Assembly: GCF_028368995.1 (NCBI RefSeq)
Contig: NZ_JAQNDL010000002.1
Location: 288,001 to 352,000, forward strand
DNA from: Nannocystis bainbridge
Lineage (GTDB): Bacteria > Myxococcota_A > Polyangia > Nannocystales > Nannocystaceae
Length of the DNA stretch: 64,000 nucleotides
Direction: 5' to 3'
This document shows positions 19,800 through 28,969 of this stretch, piece after piece (positions within the stretch are counted from its first letter, which is position 1; each line of letters opens with the position of its first letter). The position numbers and the translations under genes are program-made. Under the pieces are notes generated by a model. It was not told where the DNA came from. It was given only the letters and a program-made list of their open reading frames with translations, and searched no databases.

Positions 19800-20513
19800 A
19801 TGGCATCGGTGACGGCAATGCTGAGCGAGGCGGTCGCGAAGTTGTTCTGCGACGAATGGACGATCGCCGGGGTGCGCCAGGTGTCGCAGCATTTCCGCCG
19901 GCTCGACCTGTCGGGCGAGGCGCTGCGCAAGCCCCACGGCGCCGGCGACAAGGTGCAGGTGATGATCTCCGGCACGGGGCCGCGCACGTACACGCCGTTT
20001 TCGCATCGCCCGGAGCAGGGGGCGGTGTCGCTGCTGGTGTATCTGCACGGCGAGGAGCCAGGGGCGCGGTGGGGCCGCGAGGCGGCCGTGGGCGCGCGGG
20101 TGCGGGTGTTCGGGCCGCGCGGGTCGCTGCCGTTCGCGTCGCTGGGGTCGTCGGTGGTGCTGTTCGGCGACGAGACTTCGTTCGCGGCCGCGCGCGCGCT
20201 CCGGGAGCTGCGCGGGGCCGCGGCGCCGCTGGCGTTCGTGTTCGAGGTGACGGACCCGGCGGAGTCGGAGGCGGTGCTGGCCGAGCTCGACGTGGGGCCG
20301 CACGCGCTGGTCCGACGCGGGGCCGATCACCTGGCGGAGGTCGAGCGGCAGGTTCGCGCGGCGCTGGCCCGCCACGCAGGCGCCGACCTGGTGCTCTGCG
20401 GGAACGCGCGATCGATCCAGTCGCTGCGGGCCGCGCTCAAGGCCGACCCGCCGCCGCACGGGCGGCAAAAAGTGAAGGCGTACTGGTCACCGGGCAAGCG
20501 CGGGCTCGATTGA
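19800..20513 (+). CDS. Siderophore-interacting FAD-binding reductase (SIP)
   Basis: RTYT, LHGEEPGARW, GPRGS, FGDETS and KAYW; RBS GGAGGTG. Confidence 0.88.
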   Translation: MASVTAMLSEAVAKLFCDEWTIAGVRQVSQHFRRLDLSGEALRKPHGAGDKVQVMISGTGPRTYTPFSHRPEQGAVSLLVYLHGEEPGARWGREAAVGARVRVFGPRGSLPFASLGSSVVLFGDETSFAAARALRELRGAAAPLAFVFEVTDPAESEAVLAELDVGPHALVRRGADHLAEVERQVRAALARHAGADLVLCGNARSIQSLRAALKADPPPHGRQKVKAYWSPGKRGLD

Positions 20514-20585
20514 GGCGAGGGGCCGCGCTTGCTCGCCCCGTGGATGCGGCGCCTGCGGGGCGCGCGATGGTCTATCGTGGCGGCG

Positions 20586-20798
20586 ATGGCCGACCGCGAC
20601 GTCGAACGCAACTGCAGCCCCGAGACCTTCGTCGAGACCCTGCGCCGCCTTGCCGACGCGATCGAGCGCGGAGAGGCGTTCCGGATCCAGGTGGCAGGGG
20701 CCCGCTTCAACGTGCCGCGCGACGCGGCGCTGTCGATCGAGCACGAGGTGTCCGGCGACGAGGAAGAGCTCGAGCTGCAGCTGCGCTGGCGGCGGTGA
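20586..20798 (+). CDS. Amphi-Trp domain protein
   Basis: LRRLADAIE...SIEHE...EELELQLRW. Confidence 0.88.
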   Translation: MADRDVERNCSPETFVETLRRLADAIERGEAFRIQVAGARFNVPRDAALSIEHEVSGDEEELELQLRWRR

Positions 20799-20989
20799 GC
20801 CGGGCCTGCATGCGGGCCTGAGCGCGCCTGCGGGGATGTCCTTGCGGACATGCTCGGTAGAGCGTGTCCGGAAAGGGCGGCGATGCGGGGCGACGAAGGC
20901 GGCCCCATGCGGCATGGTCCAAGGGACATGCTCGCGGGGACAGGGCCTTTGCGGCATGTCGCACAGGACATGCCGCAAAGGTCAGGCCG

Positions 20990-21721
20990 TCACGGCTTGA
21001 CGGCGATCCGGCCGGTGTAGTCGATGCGGTGGAGCAGCGGGGCCCCGCCGTGCGCGGCGAAGTAGCCGTCGACGGCCTCGCGAGCGCCGCGCCAGTGGCC
21101 GTAGTCGTCGACGATGAGGACGCCGCCGCGGGCGAGGCGGGGGTAGAGGTGCTCGAGCTCGTGGCGGGTCGACTCGAACCAGTCGGTGTCGAGGCGGAGG
21201 ATGGCGATGGCGTCGGGGATGGTGGCGGGGATGGTGTCCTCGACCTTGCCCTTGACGAAATGCACGTGCGCCTGCGGGTAGCCGGTGGTGGCGAGGCTGG
21301 CGGTGGCGTCGGCGAGGCTGTTGGCGCAGAAGACCTTGTGGTCGGTGCCCTTGATCTTGTCCCAGTCGCCGAGCGGGCTCTGATCCTTGAACGAGACGTC
21401 GCGGGCGGTCGGCTCGCTCATGCCCTCGTAGGTGTCGTAGAGGTAGAGGTGACGCTCGCGCTCGCCGAGCTCCTGGAAGCCGAGAGCGGCGACCATGGCG
21501 CTGCCGCCCTTCCACACGCCGCACTCGACGAAATCGCCGGCGATGCCGGCGCGGTGGACGTGACGCACGGCCTGGTAGAGCGCGTACATGCGCTCGGTCG
21601 AGGTCATGGTGTACGGCCGGGCGCGGTCGTGGATGGCGCGAAAGCCAGGTTCGAAGTCGGGGTACTGCTGGCGCCAGCGGCGGTCGTCGCGGAGGCGGCG
21701 GAGGCGATCGAGGAGCGTCAC
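20990..21721 (-). CDS. TylF/MycF/NovP family O-methyltransferase
   Basis: YTMTSTER, GDFVECGVWKGGS, YDTYEGM, LRLDTDWFEST and DDYGHW. Confidence 0.92.
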   Translation of the reverse strand: MTLLDRLRRLRDDRRWRQQYPDFEPGFRAIHDRARPYTMTSTERMYALYQAVRHVHRAGIAGDFVECGVWKGGSAMVAALGFQELGERERHLYLYDTYEGMSEPTARDVSFKDQSPLGDWDKIKGTDHKVFCANSLADATASLATTGYPQAHVHFVKGKVEDTIPATIPDAIAILRLDTDWFESTRHELEHLYPRLARGGVLIVDDYGHWRGAREAVDGYFAAHGGAPLLHRIDYTGRIAVKP

Positions 21722-21765
21722 GGGTGGCGCGGAGGGTAGCAGGACGAGGCGTGGGCGCGGATGCG

Positions 21766-22179
21766 TTAGGTCTCTTCGACCAGGCGCAGCCGCGGGCCGC
21801 GGTCCATCAGCTCGCAGAAGCGGCGGACCGCGCCCTGGAGGGCGGCGACGCAGCGCTCGAACACGAGGCGGAAGTCGCCCTCGGCGGCGAGGAACAGCTC
21901 GGCGGCGGCCTGCATGTCGTCGTGCTGCGGGTAGAGCTTGACGACCTTGAACTCGGCGGTCACCTCGGCAGCGGCGATCCGCGCCCAGTGGCGCTCGGCC
22001 TCGCTCTCGAGGCCCCAGAAGTTGGGGAACACCAGGCGGAAGTACAGCGGGTCGTCGTCGTCGACGGTGAGGCAGTAGAAGCGGCCCTCGCACTTGAACA
22101 CGAGGTCGCCGGCGTCGTCGGCGACGGGCCGGAAGCCCTCGGCGCGCAGGAACTCGGCGTAAACCTCCGCCTGGCTCAT
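21766..22179 (-). CDS. YbjN/type III chaperone-fold protein
   Basis: FLRAEGFRP..DDAGDLVFK.EG...YFRLVFPNFW pattern; 137 aa. Confidence 0.6.
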   Translation of the reverse strand: MSQAEVYAEFLRAEGFRPVADDAGDLVFKCEGRFYCLTVDDDDPLYFRLVFPNFWGLESEAERHWARIAAAEVTAEFKVVKLYPQHDDMQAAAELFLAAEGDFRLVFERCVAALQGAVRRFCELMDRGPRLRLVEET

Positions 22180-22268
22180 GCGCGCAGGATACCCCGCGCG
22201 GCGGAGGGGCGGCAACGCTGGCGCGAGCGCGGCGAATTGCGGGCGCTCATACGCGGGACGGCTTGCTT

Positions 22269-23108
22269 TCAGCGCGGCGCGTGGTGCAAGACCGTCGGCT
22301 CGGGCAAGATCTGGCGCAGGTACGCGTCGGCGAGCATGCCGGACCGTTGCTCGCGCGGGTAGCCGAGCGAGCACTCCTCGAAGCGCACGCCGTCGATCCA
22401 GTCGGTGCGCCGGGTGTGAAGGTGGCCGCTGACGACCACGCGCGCGCCGTAGCGGCGGTGCCAGTCGTGCGTGGCGAGCGTGCCGCACCACGGGCGGTAC
22501 CGCGGCACGCGCGGGATGAAGATGAGGTCGTCGCGCAGCGGCCAGTGATTGACGAGGACGGTCGGGTGCGCCTGCGATCGCTCGAGCCGCGCGGCGGCCG
22601 TGCTCACGCGCGCGGCGGACCAGGCGGCGATGTCGGGGAACGGGGCGGGATCGAGGCGCGATTCGTCGGCGGCGACGACGCCGTCCTCGGCGGCCCAGGC
22701 GATCGCGCCGGCGCGGTCGAGGCCGGGCGGGGCGAAGCCGTAGTCGTAGAGCAGCGCGAGCAAGGCGATGGTGTGCGGGCCGCCGTCGCCGGGCCACACG
22801 GGCCACTCGTCGTCGACGCCGACGACGCCGCGCGCGCGGCACAGCTCGCCGAGCGCGGCCAGCTTGTCGGCGCCGCCGAGGCGGACGCCCCGCTCCTCGG
22901 AGGTCCACAGCTCGTGGTTGCCGGGCACCCACAACAGCCGGGCGAACCGCGGCTGCAGCAGGTCGAAGGCCCACTGCATGTGATCGCCGGTCTCGCCGAT
23001 GTCGCCGCCGACGATGAGCCAGTCATCTGGCTTTGGGGACAGGTGGACGAGCAGCTCGCGGTTGCGGCGGTGACCGACGTGGAGATCGCTGAGGGCCCAG
23101 AGCTTCAT
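22269..23108 (-). CDS. Calcineurin-like metallophosphoesterase (Rv2795c/PptH-like)
   Basis: SDLH, GGD, PGNHELW, NHWPL, WCGT, GHLH and DGVRFEECSLGYPRE. Confidence 0.88.
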   Translation of the reverse strand: MKLWALSDLHVGHRRNRELLVHLSPKPDDWLIVGGDIGETGDHMQWAFDLLQPRFARLLWVPGNHELWTSEERGVRLGGADKLAALGELCRARGVVGVDDEWPVWPGDGGPHTIALLALLYDYGFAPPGLDRAGAIAWAAEDGVVAADESRLDPAPFPDIAAWSAARVSTAAARLERSQAHPTVLVNHWPLRDDLIFIPRVPRYRPWCGTLATHDWHRRYGARVVVSGHLHTRRTDWIDGVRFEECSLGYPREQRSGMLADAYLRQILPEPTVLHHAPR

Positions 23109-23276
23109 GCGGGCGCCGGCAGGCTAAGGCGGCGAGCGCGAGCTTTCAAGCGCGCGCGGGAGGGCGGAAGGGCCGCAGGGCGGCGGCGAACCCCGACCAA
23201 GGTCGGGTCCGCCGGCGCGTGCGTCGAGCGCCGCGGCCCGGGCGAGGCCGCGCGTTCGCGGTATGCTGCGCGGCGC

Positions 23277-24944
23277 ATGACGACCCTCCCCAACGATCCG
23301 TCGGCCCAGCGGCGCGAGGCGACCTTCCCGCGGCTCACCGAGGCGCAACAGCACCGGCTGTGTCGCTACGGCCGCCGCCGCCCGATGCGGGCCGGCGAGA
23401 TCGTGTTCGAGCACGGCGAGACGGGCACCAATTTCTTCGTGATCCTGTCGGGCACGCTCGAGGTGGTGCAGCCGGGCTACGACGGGGTCGAGCACCCGGT
23501 GGTGATCCACGAGGCGGGCCAGTTCACCGGCGAGATCAACATGCTGACCGGGCGCCCGAGCCTGGTGCGCGCGCGGGTCGGGGCGCCGGGCGAGGTGCTG
23601 GAGATCGATCGGGAGGGGCTGCGCCACATCGTCCAGGTCGAGGCGGAGGTCGGCGAGCTGTTGATGCGCGCGTTCATCCTCCGCCGCGTCAGCCTGATCG
23701 CCCACAACGCCAGCGACGCGGTGCTGGTCGGGTCGGTGCACTCGCCGGCGACGCTGCGGTTGAAGGAGTTCCTGACGCGCAACGGCCACCCGTTCTCGTA
23801 CATCGACGTCGAGCGCGACGCGGACGTCGCGGGGCTGCTCGAGCAGTTCCAGGTGGCGGTCGACGAGGTGCCGGTGATCATCTGCCGCGGCAATCAGGTG
23901 CTGCGGAACCCGACGACGGAGGAGGTGGCGCGCTGCCTCGGCTTCAACGCGGACGTCGATCGCAGCGTGCTGCGCGACGTGGTGGTGATCGGGGCCGGGC
24001 CGGCGGGGCTGGCGGCGGCGGTGTACGCGGCGTCGGAGGGGCTCGACGTGCTGGTGATCGAGCGCAACGCGCCGGGCGGGCAGGCGGGCTCGTCGTCGAA
24101 GATCGAGAACTACCTGGGCTTTCCGACAGGTATTTCGGGACAGGCGCTGGCCGGGCGGGCGCTGACGCAGGCGCAGAAGTTCGGGGCCCACGTGGCGGTG
24201 GCGATGTCGGCGGTGCGGCTCGACTGCTCGCGCACGCCGTACGTGGTGGAGCTGGAGGGGCAGGGCTCGGTGCAGGCGCGGGCGATCATCCTGGCGACCG
24301 GGGCGCAGTACCGCCGGCTCGGGGTGCCGGACCTGAGCCGCTTCGAGGGCGACGGGGTCTACTACGGGGCGACGCAGATGGAGGCGCAGCTGTGCTCGGG
24401 CGAGGAGGTGATCGTGGTCGGCGGCGGCAACTCGGCCGGGCAGGCGGCGGTGTTCCTGGCCGAGACGGTGCGCCACGTGCACGTGCTGGTGCGCTCGAGC
24501 GGGCTGGCCGACAGCATGTCGCGCTACCTGATCCGCCGGATCGAGGAGCACCCGAAGATCACGCTGCGGCCGTTCACGGAGATCGTCGAGATGACCGGCG
24601 AGACGAGCCTGCAGCAGGTGCGGTGGGTCAACCGCAAGGACGGGACGAGCGAGACGCGCCCGATCCGCCACGTGTTCTCGATGGCGGGCGCGCGCCCGAA
24701 CACGGGCTGGCTCGAGGGCTGCGTGGCGCTGGACCCGGCGGGGTTCGTCAAGACCGGGCCGGACGTGACGGCGGAGGAGCTGGCCCCGCGGCCGTGGCGA
24801 CGCGCTCCGTACCTGCTCGAGACGAGCCTGCCCAACGTGTTCGCGGTCGGCGATGTGCGCTCGGGCAACGTCAAGCGCGTGGCGTCGGCGGTCGGCGAGG
24901 GCTCGATCTGCGTGCAGATGGTCCACCGCGCGCTGGCAGAGTGA
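23277..24944 (+). CDS. cNMP-binding domain plus thioredoxin-reductase-like FAD oxidoreductase
   Basis: GQFTGE (cNMP), GAGPAGL, IENYLGFP, GGGNSAGQAA and GDVRSG. The CxxC is replaced by YYGAT. Confidence 0.92.
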   Translation: MTTLPNDPSAQRREATFPRLTEAQQHRLCRYGRRRPMRAGEIVFEHGETGTNFFVILSGTLEVVQPGYDGVEHPVVIHEAGQFTGEINMLTGRPSLVRARVGAPGEVLEIDREGLRHIVQVEAEVGELLMRAFILRRVSLIAHNASDAVLVGSVHSPATLRLKEFLTRNGHPFSYIDVERDADVAGLLEQFQVAVDEVPVIICRGNQVLRNPTTEEVARCLGFNADVDRSVLRDVVVIGAGPAGLAAAVYAASEGLDVLVIERNAPGGQAGSSSKIENYLGFPTGISGQALAGRALTQAQKFGAHVAVAMSAVRLDCSRTPYVVELEGQGSVQARAIILATGAQYRRLGVPDLSRFEGDGVYYGATQMEAQLCSGEEVIVVGGGNSAGQAAVFLAETVRHVHVLVRSSGLADSMSRYLIRRIEEHPKITLRPFTEIVEMTGETSLQQVRWVNRKDGTSETRPIRHVFSMAGARPNTGWLEGCVALDPAGFVKTGPDVTAEELAPRPWRRAPYLLETSLPNVFAVGDVRSGNVKRVASAVGEGSICVQMVHRALAE

Positions 24945-24973
24945 GACAGGCAGGGCAAAAACGGAGATCGATC

Positions 24974-25243
24974 ATGGCGAACGAGACTTGTGACCACCTC
25001 GACCAAATCCACGATGTCCGCCCGCACACCCGCGGCTGCGAGGAGTGCCTGAAGCTCGGCGACGAATGGGTGCACCTGCGCCTTTGCATGTCCTGCGGGA
25101 AGGTCGGCTGCTGCGATTCGTCGAAGAACAAGCACGCGACGGCGCATTTTCAGCAGACGCAGCACGCGATCGTGCGCTCGCTCGAGCCGGGTGAGCGGTG
25201 GTTCTGGTGCTACGTGGACGAGGTCGGGTTCGAGGCGGAGTGA
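24974..25243 (+). CDS. UBP-type zinc finger protein
   Basis: CDH...GCEECL..WVHLRLCMSCGKVGCCDSSKNKHATAH...WFWCYVD. Confidence 0.93.
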   Translation: MANETCDHLDQIHDVRPHTRGCEECLKLGDEWVHLRLCMSCGKVGCCDSSKNKHATAHFQQTQHAIVRSLEPGERWFWCYVDEVGFEAE

Positions 25244-25276
25244 GGCGAGGCGCGGCGGAGGCCCAGCCGCGCGGCG

Positions 25277-25906
25277 TCACAGGGCGAAGACTTCGAGGTT
25301 GTCGAAGAACACCCGGGCCTCCCAGCCGCCGAAGGCGAAGTGGCGCTGGGCGGGGCCGCTGAGCGGCTCGGGGTCGTCGTAGCGGAGGGCCTCCTGGCCG
25401 TCGAGCTCCCAGGTGATGCCGCCGTCGCGGCGGGTGACGGCGAAGTGGTAGCGCTTGCCGGCCTCGACCTTGAGCGCCTGGGTGGTCTTGCGATCGCCGC
25501 CGTGCTCGTCGCGGCGGACGATGGCGCTGGTGGTGTTGTTCCAGCCGCCGAAGATGACGACGTAACCAGTGGCGGTGTAGCTGGCGCTGCGGGCGAAGCT
25601 CTTGCCGTCGCCGGCGAGCTCGATCTTGATGTCACCCTCGTCGGTGGCGGCGCGGGCGTCGAACTCGATGCGCACGTTGTCGGGCAGCGGGAGGGTCAGC
25701 CAGAGCGGGTGGTTGCGCAGGCCCTCGATGACGAGCTCGCCAGCCTCGATGCGAGCGCCGGGGCCGGTCGATTTCCAGGAGTCGCCGAGCTCGGGGCCGT
25801 CGAAGCGGTCGGCGAACAGGAGCTGGGCGGGGCCGGCGCTGCTGTAGGTGCGGGGCAGCTCCTCGCAGGCGAGCAAGAGCAGGGCGAGGGGGGCGAGGCG
25901 GCGCAT
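25277..25906 (-). CDS. Lipoprotein with ConA/LamG-like beta-sandwich
   Basis: Lipobox LLAC; FADRFDG, RIEFDA, FGGWNN and FFDNLEV. Confidence 0.7.
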   Translation of the reverse strand: MRRLAPLALLLLACEELPRTYSSAGPAQLLFADRFDGPELGDSWKSTGPGARIEAGELVIEGLRNHPLWLTLPLPDNVRIEFDARAATDEGDIKIELAGDGKSFARSASYTATGYVVIFGGWNNTTSAIVRRDEHGGDRKTTQALKVEAGKRYHFAVTRRDGGITWELDGQEALRYDDPEPLSGPAQRHFAFGGWEARVFFDNLEVFAL

Positions 25907-25963
25907 GGCGAGAGGGACAGGTCCGATAGGCAAGGTCGAAAGGGACATGTGCGAAGCGCCAGG

Positions 25964-27310
25964 TCAGGCGCGGGCCGCGGGGTCGGGGCCGAGCATGCGG
26001 ATCAGGCGGTCGGACCAGCCGTCGGGCAGGCCGTGCGGGACGTGCTGTTCCGGGTCGAGGGCGGCGGCGCCGATCTGGTCGAACACGGCGGGCAGCGGCT
26101 GCGGGTGGAGGGCCAGCTCGAGCAGGACGACGCCGGCGCTGAACAGGTCGGTGGCCGGGGTGGCGCGGGCGGCGGGGCCGGGGCTGCGCAGCTCGGGGGC
26201 GAGGTAGCGCAGGGTGCCGGCGTGGCCGCTGCCCGAGCGTGGGTCGGCGAGGGCGAGGCCGAAGTCGGCGAGGGCGACGGGCGAGCCCTCGCGGGCCTCG
26301 CGGACGAGGATGTTGGCGGGCTTGATGTCGCGGTGGACGGCGCCGGCGGCGTGCACGGCCCTGAGCGCGCTGACGATCTGGGCGCCGACCCGCGGCAGGT
26401 CAGCGGGGCCGAGCAGGCGCTTGCGCACGGCGACGCGCAGGTTGCCGCCGCGGCACAGGCCGAGGGCGACGAAGCGGTGGGCGGGCTGGACGTCGAGGAG
26501 GGCGACGACGTGGGGGCTGCGCACGCGGGCGAGGGTGCGGGCCTCGGCGAAGAAGCGGGCGCCGACGAGGCGGCCGTCGCTGCCCTCGGCGACCAGGCGC
26601 TTGATGGCGACGTCGCGGCCGACGCGGCGGTCGAAGGCCTGGTAGACGACGGCGTGGCGGCCGCGGCCGAGCGGGCGGCCGAGCTCGTAGCGGTCGACGC
26701 CGAGGCCGGCGACAAGCTCGGTGGCGTCGAGGCCCTCGAGCAAGGCGAGGCCGCGGCTGGCGTGGGCACCGCCGCGGCCGAGACGGCGCTGGGCGGTGCT
26801 CCAGCCGCGCAGGGCGCGGGCGTGGTCGATGTCGACGGCGAGCAGGGCCTCGAAGTGGCGCAGGGCGCCGAGCGGGTCGCCGCGGTCGAGCAGGGTGTCG
26901 CCGAGCAGCAGGTTGGCGGCCACGTAGGCGCCGGTGGGCTGCCAGCGGCTGTCCTCGACCTCGGGCAAGGCGAGGGCGGCGCGGGCGAGCTCGACGCCGA
27001 GGTCAGGCGCGAGGGCGTCGCACAGCTCGCGCGCGAGCACGAGGACGAGCTCGGGCCGCGGGCGCAGGCGCAGGTGGGCGGCGAGGCTGACGAGGGCGCC
27101 GCGGACGTAGCCGGCGTGGCTGAGGTCGCGGAGCTGGCGATCGATCTCGGGGGCCGGGGCGCCCTCGACGAGGCGGCGCGAGAGGGCGGCGATGCCCGGC
27201 AGCTCGCGCGGCAGCTCGGCGCCCTCGGAGAGGCGCGCGAGCACGGCCCGCAGCTGATGGTCGAGGGCTGGATCGACGCGGATGTCACCGCGGAGGGGCT
27301 CGATCGGCAT
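25964..27310 (-). CDS. Hanks-type Ser/Thr kinase with N-terminal helical/TPR region
   Basis: LGRGRHAVVY, VAIK, HRDIKPANIL, DFGLA, GTLRYLAPE and DLFSAG. Confidence 0.92.
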   Translation of the reverse strand: MPIEPLRGDIRVDPALDHQLRAVLARLSEGAELPRELPGIAALSRRLVEGAPAPEIDRQLRDLSHAGYVRGALVSLAAHLRLRPRPELVLVLARELCDALAPDLGVELARAALALPEVEDSRWQPTGAYVAANLLLGDTLLDRGDPLGALRHFEALLAVDIDHARALRGWSTAQRRLGRGGAHASRGLALLEGLDATELVAGLGVDRYELGRPLGRGRHAVVYQAFDRRVGRDVAIKRLVAEGSDGRLVGARFFAEARTLARVRSPHVVALLDVQPAHRFVALGLCRGGNLRVAVRKRLLGPADLPRVGAQIVSALRAVHAAGAVHRDIKPANILVREAREGSPVALADFGLALADPRSGSGHAGTLRYLAPELRSPGPAARATPATDLFSAGVVLLELALHPQPLPAVFDQIGAAALDPEQHVPHGLPDGWSDRLIRMLGPDPAARA

Positions 27311-27474
27311 GGGGACGGGGGAGGGGGCCGGAGGGACAGGTCGCGGGGGCTGATGACAGGGTCGAAGAGATGGGTTCTTTGGGGAATGTACTCGGGGACA
27401 GGTTCTTCGGGGCATGTCCTTATGGATATGGCCGTTGGGAAATGTCCTCGGGGACATGTCCTCGGGGACACCGG

Positions 27475-28815
27475 TCAGGTCATGGCGATCTCGAGGGTAA
27501 GGCGGCCGTCGGGGAGGTCGAGGTGGAGGCGGTCGCCGTGGAGGAGCTCGACGGTGGCGCCGGTGCCGAGGGGCTCCTGGCCGAGCTGGGCGCGCACGCC
27601 GGGGGCGATCCGCACGGCGATGAAGGGCGGGCGCAGCTCGAGCACGGCGGGGATCGGGCGGTCGGGGGCGAGCCACAGCGGGCCGCCGCCGGGCAGGTAG
27701 AGGGTCCAGGGGGCGACGAGGCCGGGGGCGAGCGGGCGCAGGAGCGCGCCGAGCTCGGCGCGCTCGCGCGGGAGCGGGTGGACCTCGAGGCGGGCGGCGG
27801 CCAGGCCGAGGGCGAGCTCGCCGGGGCCCTCGAGGGCGAGCGGCTCGCCAGGGGCGAGGGCCTCGCCGCGCCAGAAGGTGCCGGAGCGTGAGCCGAGGTC
27901 GACGAGGGCGACCGCGAGCTCGACCTCGTCGAGGCCGGCCTCGCTGGCAGCGGCGGCGGCGATGGCCTCGAGGCGGAGGGCGGCGTGCTCGCGCGAGAGG
28001 CTGACGCCGCCGAGGCTGAGCTCGACGTCGGGCGAGCGACCGAGCCGCAGGTCGGTGCGCAGGACGACGCGGGTGGCCTGGCCGGAGCCCCAGCGCAGGT
28101 CGAGCCGCTGGCCGCGCGGGAGGGCGACGGCGAGGTCGGCGTGGACGCGGGCGAGGGCGGCCCGCAGCAACGGGGTGCCGCTGTGGGCGAGCGGGCCGCG
28201 GGCGGTGCGGGCGTCGTGAAGGTGCTCCTGCAGCAGGCCGTGGGCGAAGAACCGCCGACCCTCGCGCAGGGCGGCGTCGATCTCGTCGCTGGCGCGCTGG
28301 AGTTCGGCCTCGGCGTGCTCGATGCGGTCGATGAGGCCGAGCACGTACTCGAGCTGGGTGACGGCGCCGGCCCGCTCGTAGGCGACGGCGGCCCGCCGCA
28401 ACATGTGGAGGCGCTCGTAGATCTCGCCGGCGATGGCGCCCTGGTCGGCCTCCTCGAGCGCGCGGGCGGCCTCCATGAGGATGGCGCGCCGGGGGGCGCC
28501 GTCTTCCATGAACTCGGCGTGGCGCAGGAGGGTCTCGGCCAGCGCCTGGTGGAGGCTGCGGCCCTCTTCGGTGGCGCCGGAGTGGCGGGCGGCGCCTTCG
28601 CGCAGGAGGGCGATCCGCTGGGCCGTGCCGCACAAAGTATGGGCGTACTCGAGGCGCAGGGCGGCGGCGCGGGCGTGGTCGCCGGTGTGCTCGAGGGCCC
28701 GCGCGCGGGTGAGGCCGTCGCCAGGGCGGGCCGGCGTGTCGAGCGCGGCGGAGGGCGGACGCAGGGCAGGCGGCGGGGGTGGGGGCGGCGGACGCGGCTT
28801 GCTCGGGCGGGACAA
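27475..28815 (-). CDS. FHA-domain protein with TPR-like N-terminus
   Basis: LGRSPD...SLSREHA...VDLGSRSGTF. TTG start is uncertain. Confidence 0.8.
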   Translation of the reverse strand: MSRPSKPRPPPPPPPPALRPPSAALDTPARPGDGLTRARALEHTGDHARAAALRLEYAHTLCGTAQRIALLREGAARHSGATEEGRSLHQALAETLLRHAEFMEDGAPRRAILMEAARALEEADQGAIAGEIYERLHMLRRAAVAYERAGAVTQLEYVLGLIDRIEHAEAELQRASDEIDAALREGRRFFAHGLLQEHLHDARTARGPLAHSGTPLLRAALARVHADLAVALPRGQRLDLRWGSGQATRVVLRTDLRLGRSPDVELSLGGVSLSREHAALRLEAIAAAAASEAGLDEVELAVALVDLGSRSGTFWRGEALAPGEPLALEGPGELALGLAAARLEVHPLPRERAELGALLRPLAPGLVAPWTLYLPGGGPLWLAPDRPIPAVLELRPPFIAVRIAPGVRAQLGQEPLGTGATVELLHGDRLHLDLPDGRLTLEIAMT

Positions 28816-28969
28816 GCAGCGCCCATGCTAACACGCCGGGACCCGGACGCCGCAGGGCGCCGTCTGCGGGCCCGCGGCGCCCGGCAGCGAGGCTTTCGCG
28901 CGCGCCAGGCCAGGCCGGGAGTCGAGGCCGTAGATGGCCCGCAGGGGAGCGGCTACACTGCCGGTCCCG

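Noticed and set aside
19500-19800. Fur box upstream of the SIP gene
   Set aside because: No convincing match to GATAATGATAATCATTATC.
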